Part shown: piece by piece, positions 29,786 to 39,419 of the stretch | How the letters are laid out: each line of letters begins with the position of its first letter | How positions within the stretch are numbered: the stretch's first letter is position 1 | From: an uncultured Candidatus Rokubacteria bacterium | GTDB lineage: Bacteria > Methylomirabilota > Methylomirabilia > Rokubacteriales > CSP1-6 | Length of the DNA stretch: 64,000 nt | Reading direction: 5' to 3' | NCBI GenBank assembly: GCA_963762145.1 | Contig: CAVXJS010000009.1 | Coordinates: 320,001 to 384,000, forward strand | Position numbers and translations under genes: made by a program | The notes under the pieces: model-generated | Told to the model about the DNA's origin: nothing | Seen by the model: only the letters and a program-made list of their open reading frames with translations | Database searches by the model: none

Positions 29786-31613
29786 CTACCGCTCCTCCGG
29801 CGACGGCGGCGGCCGCGGACTCGGCTCCGTGCCGCTGCCAGAGATCGGCGTACGCGCCGCGCCGGGCCATCAGCTCGTCGTGGGGCCCTGCTCGACGATG
29901 GCGCCGTCCTCGATCACCACGATGCGGTCGCAGCGGCGGGCGGTGCTCAGCCGGTGCGCGATCACGAGCGCGGTCCGCCCGCGCAGCAGCTCCTCGAGGT
30001 TCTCGCCAGACCTTGGCCTCGGTGGCCACGTCGAGCGCGCTGGTCGGCTCGTCCAGGATCGACGATCGGCGCGTCGCGCACGAGCGCCCGCGCCAGGGCC
30101 AGGCGCTGGCGCTGGCCGCCGGAGAGCGTCGAGCCGTCCTGGCCCAGGATCGTGTCGTAGCCCTGCGGCAGCTCCTGGATGAAGGACTCGGCCTCGGTGC
30201 GGCGGGCCGCCTCCCGCACCTTCGCGGGATCCGCGTTCCGCGAGCCCCACGCGATGTTCTCGAACGCGGTGGCCCGGAAGATGATCGGCTCCTGCAGCAT
30301 CAGGGTGACCTGACGCCGGAGCGACGCCAGGCGTGACCCGGCGCAGATCGTGGCCGTCGATGGTGACGCGTCCGCGCTGGGGATCGAAGAAGCGCAGCAC
30401 GAGCCCGGCCAGGGTGCTCTTGCCCGCCCCGGTGCGCCCCACGATGGCCACGTGCTCGCCGGGCTCGATGCGCAGGTCGATGTCGCGAAGCACCGGCCGG
30501 CCGTCGTCGTAGGCGAAGCTCACGTTCTCGAACCGGATCTCGCCGGTGATCGGCGGGAGCGGTCTGCGCGTCGGGGGCGTCCTTGACGTCGAGCTCGGTG
30601 TCGAGCACCGAGAAGACGCGCTCCAGGCCCACCCGGGCCGAGCTGATCTCGGCGAAGTTCTGGCTGAGGCTCAGGATGGGCTGGTAGAGATCGCGCAGGT
30701 AGGACAGGAACACGGTCAGCTCGCCGATGGTCAGGGCGCCGCTCATCACCCGCAGCGCGCCGAGCCACACGATCGCGGCGGTGCCCGCGGCCAGGAGGGA
30801 CTCCACCACCAGCACGAACAGGGTCTCCGTCCCGTAGAGGCGGAGCGACAGGGCCAGGCTCTTCTCGCTGCCGGCCCGGAAGTCCTGCACCACCCGGTCC
30901 TCGCGCCCGTAGGCCTGCACCAGCTTCACCGCCCCGATGGCGGTCTCCGCGCGGCTGTAGAGGTCGCTCTCGGCCTCCTTGGCCGCGGTCGCGTGGCCGT
31001 GGATCCGGATCGTCAGCCAGCGGATCGCGAGGTACAGCGGCGGGCTCACCACCAGGGCCACGCAGGCCAGCACCCAGTCGTAGCGCAGCATGACCACGAA
31101 CATCCCGGTCAGCATCAGCGCCGCGCTGATCAGCGGCAGGGCTCCATTCATCACGATGCCCTGGATCGCGTAGGTATCGGCCATCACCCGGAAGAGCAAA
31201 TCGCCGGTCTGCTGCTTGTTGTGAAACCGGAGCGAGAGCTTCTGCAGGTGGGTCCAGATCGCGAGGCGCAGGTCGTTGACCATGCGCTGGCCCACGTCGA
31301 TCGAGATGTGGTTCGCCAGCATCGTGGTCATGCCGCGGCAGACCGCGATCAGCACGATCGCCGCGGCGGCGAGCCCGAGCTGGGCCATCGGGGCGAGCTG
31401 CGCGAACCACGGCCCGAGGAGCGCGGGGGGCGGCTTGTTGCCGAGGATGCTGTCGAGCACGATGGCCAGCGGCAGCGGCTTGGCCAGATCCAGGGCGATG
31501 CCGAGCGCCGAGAGCCCGAACCCCATCGTCATGGGGGCGCGGTGGGGGCGCGCGTACCGGGCGATACGCGGAAGCAGGGCCAGGAGGCCGCGCGATCCGG
31601 CGACGCCGGTCAT
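29786..31613 (-). CDS. ABC transporter fused permease/ATP-binding exporter (frameshifted)
   Basis: TM domain, Walker A GRTGAGKST, LSGGQRQRLALARA, Walker B followed by DEPTSALD, IAHRLST. Confidence 0.9.
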
Positions 31614-31714
31614 GGGAGTGCCCTCGGCTGACGGTGTCTCATCGGTGGTGTAACTCCACGGCGGTGGACGGCGTTCCCCCGTCCATTACACGGATTTTCG
31701 CACATCCGGATAGC

Positions 31715-32047
31715 TCACGGATAGATCTGCCGGTACGCCAGGCGGGCCCGCTCCCCCGCCCCGCCGAAGCGGGCGTTGTAGTCCCGGGTCATCGCCCGCA
31801 GCGTGTCGGACCGGACGAAGGCCTGCAGCGACGCCTCGGAATCGAACTCGTAGCAGACCATGTACTGCCACGGCTCCGCGCCGGCGTGGTCGCTCTCGAG
31901 CGACAGCGCAGCGTAGCGTCGCATCCCGAGACAGCCGGGGACCTGGGCCGCCTCCCGCGACCGGACCGTGTCGTACCAGTGGTTGAAGGCCGCCTCGAGC
32001 TCGGGGGTGATGGTGGCCTTGACGACGAAGAGGGCGGGACGAGTCAT
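31715..32047 (-). CDS. DUF4286/EthD-like dimeric alpha-beta barrel protein
   Basis: EAAFNHWYD...QVPGCLGMRRY...YMVCYEFDS. SD GAGGAGG. Confidence 0.75.
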   Translation of the reverse strand: MTRPALFVVKATITPELEAAFNHWYDTVRSREAAQVPGCLGMRRYAALSLESDHAGAEPWQYMVCYEFDSEASLQAFVRSDTLRAMTRDYNARFGGAGERARLAYRQIYP

Positions 32048-32109
32048 GCCGTGAGCCTCCTCAATGGGGTGCGCCTCCTGCCGCGCCACGGTAGCAGGTC
32101 GCGGGGACG

Positions 32110-32138
32110 TTGCCGAGCTTCGGATGCCGGGGTATAAC
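32110..32138 (+). promoter_or_regulatory. sigma-70-type promoter, leaderless transcript
   Basis: TTGCCG-N17-TATAAC, 7 nt before ATG 32146. Confidence 0.65.
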
Positions 32139-32145
32139 CTCGCCC

Positions 32146-33384
32146 ATGTCCGCCTTGCCCCGCGACGGTCGGAGCTGGCCCGAGCTCGCCCAGACGCTCC
32201 GCGAGCTCAAGCGCGACGACCTCGACTGGCGTCGCGGCCGGCACGCGGCCTTCGTCTGGCACGCCGACGACGCGGTGGAGGAAGTCGCCCGCGAGGCCCA
32301 CGCGCTCTTCATGACCGAGAACGGCCTCGGCCTGCGCGTCTTCCCCAGCCTGCGGCGCATGGAGGCCGACCTCGTCGCGATCGTGCGCGACCTCTTGGGC
32401 GGTGACGCGGCCACCGCCGGCCACCTCACGTCCGGCGGCACCGAGAGCATCTTCCTCGCCACCCACGCGGCCCGGGAGTGGGCGCGGCGACGGCGCCCGG
32501 AGATCGCCGAGCCCGAGATCGTGGCCGCGTGGTCGGCGCATCCCGCCGTGAACAAGGCGGCCCACTACCTCGGCATGACGGTGCGCCGCGTGCCGGTCGG
32601 AGCCGGATTCCGCGCCGACGTGGCCGCGATGGCCGCCGCGATCACCCCGCTCACCGTCATGCTCTACGGCTCGGCGCCCACCTATTCGCTCGGGGTCATC
32701 GATCCCATCGCGGAGCTGGCCGATCTCGCGCGGGCGCGCGGGCTGTGGCTGCACGTGGACGCCTGCGTGGGCGGCATCCTCGGACCGTTCGTCCGGGCGC
32801 TCGGTCACCCGGTGCCCGAGTTCGGTCTGGCGCTGCCCGGCGTGACGTCGGTGTCCGCCGATCTCCACAAGTCGGGCTATGCGGCCAAGGGCGCCTCGGT
32901 GGTCCTCTTCCGGACCGCGGAGCACCAGGCGGCGGGGCGCTACGACTTCGACGACTGGCCCACCGGGCTCTACAGCGTCAACACCTTCACCGGCACCCGC
33001 CCCGGCGGCGCCGTCGCCGCCGCGTGGGCGGTGATGCATTTCCTGGGCGAGACGGGATACCGCCGCATCGCGGCCACCGTCATGGCGGCGAAGGCGCGCC
33101 TCGTCGACGGCCTCGCCCGTGTCGGCGGGGGGCTGCACGTCTGGGGCGAGCCCGAGCTCTGGGCGGTGGGCTTCGGCAGTGAGGCCCACGACATCCTCAC
33201 CGTCGCCGATCGGATGACCGCCCGGGGCTGGTCGGTGGGGCGCATCCGCGAGCCGCGCGGGATCCACCTCATGGTGACGCCGGTGCACGCGCCGATCATC
33301 GAGGAGTACCTGGCGGATCTCGCCCGCTCCGTGACCGAGGCCGCGACGGCCACGAGCCCGTCGCCGACGCGCGCCGTCTACTGA
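32146..33384 (+). CDS. group II PLP-dependent decarboxylase / sphingosine-1-phosphate lyase-like
   Basis: TSGGTESI, SAHPAVNKAAHY, GVIDPI, LHVDACVGG, SADLHKSGYAAKGAS, GTRPGG. Confidence 0.88.
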   Translation: MSALPRDGRSWPELAQTLRELKRDDLDWRRGRHAAFVWHADDAVEEVAREAHALFMTENGLGLRVFPSLRRMEADLVAIVRDLLGGDAATAGHLTSGGTESIFLATHAAREWARRRRPEIAEPEIVAAWSAHPAVNKAAHYLGMTVRRVPVGAGFRADVAAMAAAITPLTVMLYGSAPTYSLGVIDPIAELADLARARGLWLHVDACVGGILGPFVRALGHPVPEFGLALPGVTSVSADLHKSGYAAKGASVVLFRTAEHQAAGRYDFDDWPTGLYSVNTFTGTRPGGAVAAAWAVMHFLGETGYRRIAATVMAAKARLVDGLARVGGGLHVWGEPELWAVGFGSEAHDILTVADRMTARGWSVGRIREPRGIHLMVTPVHAPIIEEYLADLARSVTEAATATSPSPTRAVY

Positions 33385-34170
33385 GTGCGGGCCGGGGTCG
33401 CGCTCGCGGTTGCCGCGCTCCTCCTGCTGATCGCCTGCGTCGTGTGGCTCGACCGCTTCATCTTCTTTCCCGACCGGCGGGTCGGGCCGCCGCCCGCCGG
33501 CGTGGAGGAGCGCGGGATCACGACCCCGGACGGCGTCCGCCTGCACGCGTGGTACGTCCCGCCCCGCGACGGCGGCCCCGTGCTCCTGTGGTCGCACGGC
33601 AACGCGGGGAACATCGACTCGCGCCGGGCGCTGCTGGCCGCCCTGGCCGCCCGAGGACTCGGGGTCCTCGCCTACGACTACCGCGGCTACGGGCGCAGCG
33701 AGGGCTCGCCCGACGAGCCCGGCGTCTACCTCGACGCGGCCGCCGCCTTCGACGACCTGGTCACGCGCGGGACGGACCCGGCCACCATCGTGTGCTTCGG
33801 GGAATCGCTGGGCGGGGCGGTCTCCATCGAGGTCGCCACCCGGCGCGCGTGCGGGGCGGTGATCGCCGTGTCGGCGTTCACGCGGCTGGCCGATGTCGCA
33901 CGCCGGCACTACGGCCCGCTCGGCTCGCTCGCGGGCGACCGTTTCGACTCGCTGGCGCGCCTGCCGCACGTGGCGGCGCCGATCCTCGTCGCCCACGGCG
34001 ACCAGGACGAGATCGTCCCCTTCGCGCTGGGAGAGCGGCTGTTCGCGGCGGCCCAGGAGCCGAAGCGCTTCGTCCGCGTCGCCGGCGCCGACCACAACGA
34101 CGCCCTGGGCCACGCCGCCTTGCTCGACGCCATCGCCGCGTTCGCCCGGGAGGCGGTGGGCGCCGATTGA
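33385..34170 (+). CDS. alpha/beta hydrolase (ABHD13/BEM46-like) with N-terminal anchor
   Basis: HGNAGN, YDYRGYGRSEG, GESLGG, HGDQDEIVP, HND. Confidence 0.9.
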   Translation: MRAGVALAVAALLLLIACVVWLDRFIFFPDRRVGPPPAGVEERGITTPDGVRLHAWYVPPRDGGPVLLWSHGNAGNIDSRRALLAALAARGLGVLAYDYRGYGRSEGSPDEPGVYLDAAAAFDDLVTRGTDPATIVCFGESLGGAVSIEVATRRACGAVIAVSAFTRLADVARRHYGPLGSLAGDRFDSLARLPHVAAPILVAHGDQDEIVPFALGERLFAAAQEPKRFVRVAGADHNDALGHAALLDAIAAFAREAVGAD

Positions 34171-34228
34171 CATGACCGGGCGGCCGGGCATAATCGGGCC
34201 ACCAGACCGTCTCTCCAAGGAGGATCCC

Positions 34229-35782
34229 ATGCGATTTCCGACCTGGGTCCGTCCGCTCGGTCCCGCGCTGATCATCGCGCTCCTTCTCGCCGCCTCCCCT
34301 CCCCTCGCGCGCGCCACCCCCGAGGGCCAGATGACGTGGGCGGTGCACGTGTCGATCGCGCCCACGTGGTTCGATCCCGGCGAGCACCCGGGCATCGTCA
34401 CCAGCATGATGATCTTCTACGCGCTCCACGACGCGCTGGTGAAGCCGATGCCGGGCAAGCCGGCCGCGCCGTCGCTCGCCGAGTCGTGGACGGTGTCGCC
34501 GGACGGGCTCGTCCACGAGTTCGTCCTGCGCCGCGGGGTCGTCTTCCACAACGGCGACCCCCTGACCGCGGAGGACGTCAAGTTCTCGTTCGAGCGCTAC
34601 CGCGGAGCGGCGGCCAAGCTGTTCAAGGAAAAGGTCGCGGCGGTCGAGGTGGTGGATCCCCTGCGGGTTCGCTTCCGCCTGAGCGAGCCCTGGCCCGACT
34701 TCATGGCCTTCTACGCCACCCCCGCGACCGGAGCCGGCTGGATCGTGCCGAAGGCCTACCTGCAGAAGGTGGGCGACGAGGGATTCAAGAAGGCCCCGAT
34801 CGGCGCCGGCCCCTACAAGCTCGTCTCGTTCAATCCCGGGGTCGAGATGGTCCTGGAGGCGCACGAGCGCTACTGGCGCAAGACGCCGCACGTGAAGCGG
34901 CTGGTCTTCCGGGTCATCCCCGACGAGGCGACCCGGCTCGCCGTCCTCAAGCGCGGGGAGGCCGACGTGGCGTACTCGATCCGCGGCGCGCTCGCCGAGG
35001 AGGTGAAGCGCACCGCCGGGCTCAGGCTCGCTCCCACGCTGCTGCCCGCGACGTTCTGGATCGACTTCACCACCGAGCAGTGGAACGCGAAGTCGCCGTG
35101 GCACGATCGGCGGGTGCGCCTGGCCGCGAGCCTGGCCATCGACCGGCAGGCGATCAACCAGGCCGAGACGCTGGGCTTCTCGAAGGTCGCGTCGAGCATC
35201 ATCCCCTCCTCGTACGAGTACTACTGGGGCCCGCCGCCCATCGCGTACGATCCGGCTCAGGCCCGGCGGCTCCTCGCCGAGGCCGGGCACCCCAACGGCT
35301 TCGACGCGGGCGACCTCGCCTGCGACGCCTCCTACACCAACGTGGCCGAGGCGGCGGCCAACTATCTCAAGGCGGTGGGGATCCAGACGCGGGTGCGCCC
35401 GATCGAGCGGGTGGCCTTCCTGGGCCAGTGGCGCGAGAAGAAGATCCGCGGCGGGCTCATGCAGGGCGGGGCGGGCGCGTTCGGCAACGCGGCCACCCGG
35501 ATCGAGAACTACATGACCTCGCGCGGCACCTACGTGTACGGCACGTACCCGGAGATCGACGATCTCTTCGCGCAGCAGGCCCGGGAGACCGACCGCAAGA
35601 AGCGCGAGGCCCTGCTCCAGCAGATCCAGCGCATCGCCCACGACCGCGTCATGTTCGCGCCGATCTGGGAGCTGGCGTTCCTGAACGGGGTCGGCCCGCG
35701 CGTCGACGAGGCCGGCCTCGGCCTCATCGAGCACCATCCCTACTCCTCGCCCTACGAGGATCTGAAGCTCAAGGCCCGCTGA
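34229..35782 (+). CDS. ABC transporter substrate-binding protein, family 5 (peptide/nickel)
   Basis: Signal peptide, PSLAESW, FHNGDPLTAEDVKFSFER, PIGAGPYK, YDPAQARRLLAEAG. Promoter TTGACA-N16-CATAAT and SD AAGGAGG. Confidence 0.92.
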   Translation: MRFPTWVRPLGPALIIALLLAASPPLARATPEGQMTWAVHVSIAPTWFDPGEHPGIVTSMMIFYALHDALVKPMPGKPAAPSLAESWTVSPDGLVHEFVLRRGVVFHNGDPLTAEDVKFSFERYRGAAAKLFKEKVAAVEVVDPLRVRFRLSEPWPDFMAFYATPATGAGWIVPKAYLQKVGDEGFKKAPIGAGPYKLVSFNPGVEMVLEAHERYWRKTPHVKRLVFRVIPDEATRLAVLKRGEADVAYSIRGALAEEVKRTAGLRLAPTLLPATFWIDFTTEQWNAKSPWHDRRVRLAASLAIDRQAINQAETLGFSKVASSIIPSSYEYYWGPPPIAYDPAQARRLLAEAGHPNGFDAGDLACDASYTNVAEAAANYLKAVGIQTRVRPIERVAFLGQWREKKIRGGLMQGGAGAFGNAATRIENYMTSRGTYVYGTYPEIDDLFAQQARETDRKKREALLQQIQRIAHDRVMFAPIWELAFLNGVGPRVDEAGLGLIEHHPYSSPYEDLKLKAR

Positions 35783-35785
35783 CGA

Positions 35786-37312
35786 TCAGAAATCGGTATC
35801 GGGAGCATCGGCGGCCCCCGCTCCAGTGCGGTGCTGCCGCCGGTGCTGCCAGAGGGCGAGGACGACGGAGACGACCGACAGGAGCAGCATGCCGCCCGAG
35901 ATCGGCCGGGTGAGGAAGAGGAGCGGATCGCCGTCCGTCATGAGGGCGCGCACCAGGTTGACCTCGATCTGGTCGCCGAGGATCACCCCCAGGATCAGCG
36001 GGGCGAGCGGGAACCCGAACTTCACGAGCAGGTACCCCATTACGCCGAAGAGCAGCAGGGCGTAGACGTTCGCCATGACGTTGTTCAGCGCGTAGGCCCC
36101 GATCACGCAGAGCACCAGGATCTGCGGGATCAGGACCGCCTTCGGCACCCGGACGATGCGGAGATACACGCCGGCCAAGAGCCACTGCAGCACGATCATC
36201 ACCGGGTGGGCCAGGATGTAGGCCGCGAAGATCCCGTAGGCCACGTGCGGCTGCTGGCTCATGAACAGCGGGCCCGGCTGGATGCCGTGGATGGTCATGG
36301 CCCCGAGCATCACCGCGGTGACCGCGTCGCCCGGGATCCCGAAGGCCATGATCGTGACCAGCGAGCCGGCCACGTTGGAATTGTTGGAGGCTTCCGAGGC
36401 GATGATCCCTTCCGGGATCCCGGTGCCGAACTTCTCCGGGTGCTTGGAGAACTTCTTGGCCTGATCGTAGGCCATGACGTTGGCCGCGCTGCCGCCGATG
36501 GCGGGCAGCACGCCGATGAGCAGGCCGATGATCGTGGACCAGAGCAGCAGGAACGGCCGGCTCAGGATCTCCCAGATCACCGCGAGGTGGGACACCTTCA
36601 AGTCCGGCGCGTCCACCGAATCGGGCCGCGTCCCCGCCGCGATCCGCTCCAGGTCGGTCATGATCTGGGCGAACGCGAAGATGCCGATCAGCACCGGCAG
36701 GAACTGGAAGCCGGATTGCAAGAAGTCGCTGCCGAACGTGAAGCGCGGCACCGCCATGATGGGATCGGTGCCGATGACGGTGATGACGAGGCCGATCGCC
36801 CCGCTGAGCAGGCCCTTGAGCAGCGAGGCCTCGGTCAGGCCCGCCACCATGGACAGCGCGAAGACGAAGAGCGAGAAGTACTCCCACGGCCCGAACTGCA
36901 GCGCGAAGGCCGCGAGGGGCCCGGTCGCGCCCACCAGGAAGAACGCCCCGAGCAGGCCGCCGATGAACGACGCCCACGTGCCGAGCCAGATCGCGCGGCC
37001 GGGCTCGCCCCGGCGCGCCATCGGAAAGCCGTCGAACGTCGTGGCCACCGCCGACGGCTTGCCGGGAATGCCGAGCAGGCTCGACGTGACGAGCCCGCCC
37101 GACTCGCCGCCCACGTAGACCCCGATCATCGCGGCGAGGCCCGCGAGCGGCTCCAGGCCGAAGGTGAAGGGCAGCACGATGATGATCGTCATGGTGATGG
37201 TCACGCCGGGCAGCACGCCGCCGATCAGCCCGACCGTGGTGCCGATGACGAGCGGCACGAGGTACTGGAGCTGGAGGACCTCGCCGAAGCTCGTGAAGAG
37301 GGGGCCGAACAC
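35786..37312 (-). CDS. tctA: tripartite tricarboxylate transporter permease TctA
   Basis: GVLPG, IPGKPSAVATTFDGFPMA, SEASNNS, GIPGDAVTAVMLGA, GIQPGP, PLILGVILG. Confidence 0.93.
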   Translation of the reverse strand: MFGPLFTSFGEVLQLQYLVPLVIGTTVGLIGGVLPGVTITMTIIIVLPFTFGLEPLAGLAAMIGVYVGGESGGLVTSSLLGIPGKPSAVATTFDGFPMARRGEPGRAIWLGTWASFIGGLLGAFFLVGATGPLAAFALQFGPWEYFSLFVFALSMVAGLTEASLLKGLLSGAIGLVITVIGTDPIMAVPRFTFGSDFLQSGFQFLPVLIGIFAFAQIMTDLERIAAGTRPDSVDAPDLKVSHLAVIWEILSRPFLLLWSTIIGLLIGVLPAIGGSAANVMAYDQAKKFSKHPEKFGTGIPEGIIASEASNNSNVAGSLVTIMAFGIPGDAVTAVMLGAMTIHGIQPGPLFMSQQPHVAYGIFAAYILAHPVMIVLQWLLAGVYLRIVRVPKAVLIPQILVLCVIGAYALNNVMANVYALLLFGVMGYLLVKFGFPLAPLILGVILGDQIEVNLVRALMTDGDPLLFLTRPISGGMLLLSVVSVVLALWQHRRQHRTGAGAADAPDTDF

Positions 37313-37315
37313 GGC

Positions 37316-37774
37316 TCAGAACCCGGTGAGGCGCCCGCGAGGCAGGAGCACGTTCAGGTACGCCTCGAAGAGGTGATAGGTGACCAGCATGCAGCCGAGC
37401 GCGCAGGCCACCACGACCGCCGCGGCGCGGACGGTACGCGGCGGATCGAGCGTGGCCTGGAGCGCACCCACGAACAGGACGGTGGCGACGCGGTAGCCGA
37501 CCAGCGGCAGGAGAAACACGTAGACCGTGAAGATGCCGAAGGCGAGGAGCACGAGCCGGTAGCGGCCCGCCGGCCGCGCGGGGTGGCGCCCGCGGCGCCA
37601 GAGGTCGGCCACCAGCAGGGCGGCGCTCAGCACCGCGGTCACCCCGAAGAGGATGCGCGGATAGAACCCGGGCCCGATCGGGACGAGCGCCGGCTGCGGC
37701 AGCCCCCGGCTCACCCACAGAAGCAGCAGCGAGCCGGCGAGGCAGACGAGGCCGGCGACCCCGTCCCGGCTCAA
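37316..37774 (-). CDS. tctB: tripartite tricarboxylate transporter TctB
   Basis: About 152 aa, 4-5 TM helices, IGPGFYPR, C-terminal LNVLLPRG. Lies between tctC and tctA. Confidence 0.88.
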   Translation of the reverse strand: MSRDGVAGLVCLAGSLLLLWVSRGLPQPALVPIGPGFYPRILFGVTAVLSAALLVADLWRRGRHPARPAGRYRLVLLAFGIFTVYVFLLPLVGYRVATVLFVGALQATLDPPRTVRAAAVVVACALGCMLVTYHLFEAYLNVLLPRGRLTGF

Positions 37775-38718
37775 CGCTTCAGGAGCCCGAGATCGCGCGC
37801 CAGCGCCTTGTTCAGATCGTCGTTCTGCTTGAGGAACTCGCCGTAGCCCTTGCGATCCAGGAAGCGCACGAAGGTGCCCTGCTTGGCCATGTCCTCGGCG
37901 AACTTCGCCTCCGCGGTCGCCTTCCGGCACGCGTCCTCGATCTTCGCGATCACGTCGGCGGGCGTGCCCTTGGGCACCATGATCCCGCGGGTCACCGCGT
38001 AGACCACGTTCACGCCCAGCTCCTTGAGGGTGGGCACGTTGGGCGCGTCGGGCAGGCGCTGCTCGGTGGCGACCGCGAGGAACTTGAGCTGCCCCGCGTC
38101 CACCTTGCCCTTCTGGGTGAGGTTGGAGTCGGTCAGGTCGATGTGGCTGCCCAGGATCGCGTTCATGCGCGGCGCGAGGCCCTCGTAGGAGACGTACTTG
38201 AACTTGATGTCGGCCGACTTCTCGATCAGGGCCGGGAAGAAGTGGCTGGTGGAGCCGAGCGTGGCCCCCACCGTGATCTGGCCGGGCCGCGCCTTGGCGT
38301 CGCCCAGGAGCTCCTGCCAGGAGGACCACTTCGTCTTCGGGCTCGCGGTGAGGACCGAGGGCGTGTTCGACACCGAGCAGATGGCCTCGAAGTCGGTGTA
38401 GGCCACGTCGGCCACGCCGGTGTAGTAGGTCGAGTGGATGTAGTCGTGCACCGCGTAGAGCGTGTAGCCGTCCGCCGGGGAGCCCTTGGCCTCCCGCGCC
38501 CCCGCGGTCCCGGAGGCGCCGGTCACGTTGGCGATGACCACGGTCTGCCCGAGGTGCTTCTGGAGCTGCTGGCCGAAGGGCCGGAAGATCGCGTCGGTGT
38601 CGCCCCCCGCGGCCCACGGCACGATCAGCTTCACGGGACGCTCGGGATAGGCGGCGAAGCCGGCCGACGCCGCGAGGGCGAAGGCGAGCAGACAGGCGAG
38701 AACCGTCAGTCGTCGCAT
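37771..38718 (-). CDS. tctC: tripartite tricarboxylate transporter substrate-binding protein TctC (Bug)
   Basis: Signal peptide, YPERPVKLIVPWAAGGDTD, NVTGASG, PADGYTL, PNVPTLKELG. Confidence 0.93.
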   Translation of the reverse strand: MRRLTVLACLLAFALAASAGFAAYPERPVKLIVPWAAGGDTDAIFRPFGQQLQKHLGQTVVIANVTGASGTAGAREAKGSPADGYTLYAVHDYIHSTYYTGVADVAYTDFEAICSVSNTPSVLTASPKTKWSSWQELLGDAKARPGQITVGATLGSTSHFFPALIEKSADIKFKYVSYEGLAPRMNAILGSHIDLTDSNLTQKGKVDAGQLKFLAVATEQRLPDAPNVPTLKELGVNVVYAVTRGIMVPKGTPADVIAKIEDACRKATAEAKFAEDMAKQGTFVRFLDRKGYGEFLKQNDDLNKALARDLGLLKR

Positions 38719-38861
38719 GGGAGTAGTCTCCTTTGGCCGGCGATCGCACGCCCGGCGGGCCGATGATAGCAGACCGCGGCGGGCGCGCTATAGGCACACA
38801 TTGTCTTTGACAGCGCCGCCTCTCCTCTCGCACGATGCCATGGGCTCGAGGAGGTGACGCC

Positions 38862-39401
38862 ATGGCCGCGAAGCGCACGCGCAAGCCGAAGCCGCGAACC
38901 CGCCGCCGCCCGGCGCGCCCCCGGATCCGCGCGCAGCGTATCGACGCACGCGCGAAGACCCTCGCCATCGGGGCCGAGCCGCCCATCGATCGCGACCCGG
39001 ATCATCTGGTCCCGGAATTCTGGACCCGTCTCCGCCGCGCGCTCGAGCAGCTCGCGGCGGCGGGCACCCCGTTCCGGTTCCACGAGGGATTCCGCACCGT
39101 CGAGCGCCAGCAGTGGCTCTACGGATCGGGCCGGCCCCGGGCCGCACTCGGGCGGCCGGGCGCCATCGTCACCAATGCCGACGGCGTCACCGTGCGGTCC
39201 AACCACCAGGGCAGCGGCACGGCGGGCTCGGGGCGCGCCGCGGATTGCTACCCGCTGCGCGACGGGCGCGTGATCATCCCGGCGGCCTCGGATCCCCTCT
39301 GGCGGGCCTACGCCGAGGCCGTCCGCGCGCAGGGCCTGACCGCCGGTCTCTACTGGCCGCGGCTCAAGGACGCGCCCCACTGCGAGCTTCCCACCGGATA
39401 A
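38862..39401 (+). CDS. M15 family Zn peptidase (L-Ala-D-Glu endopeptidase/endolysin-like)
   Basis: EGFRTVERQQWLYGSGR, IVTNA, SNH, AAD, DAPHCE. SD GAGGAGG. Arg/Lys-rich N-terminus, no signal peptide. Confidence 0.85.
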   Translation: MAAKRTRKPKPRTRRRPARPRIRAQRIDARAKTLAIGAEPPIDRDPDHLVPEFWTRLRRALEQLAAAGTPFRFHEGFRTVERQQWLYGSGRPRAALGRPGAIVTNADGVTVRSNHQGSGTAGSGRAADCYPLRDGRVIIPAASDPLWRAYAEAVRAQGLTAGLYWPRLKDAPHCELPTG

Positions 39402-39419
39402 CGACACGGAGGCCTCACC

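Noticed and set aside
38862-39401. Prophage remnant suggested by an endolysin-like M15 gene and the holin-like gene at 59141
   Set aside because: The genes are 20 kb apart with no phage structural, replication or integrase genes. YqjE-type holin-like domains are common chromosomal proteins.
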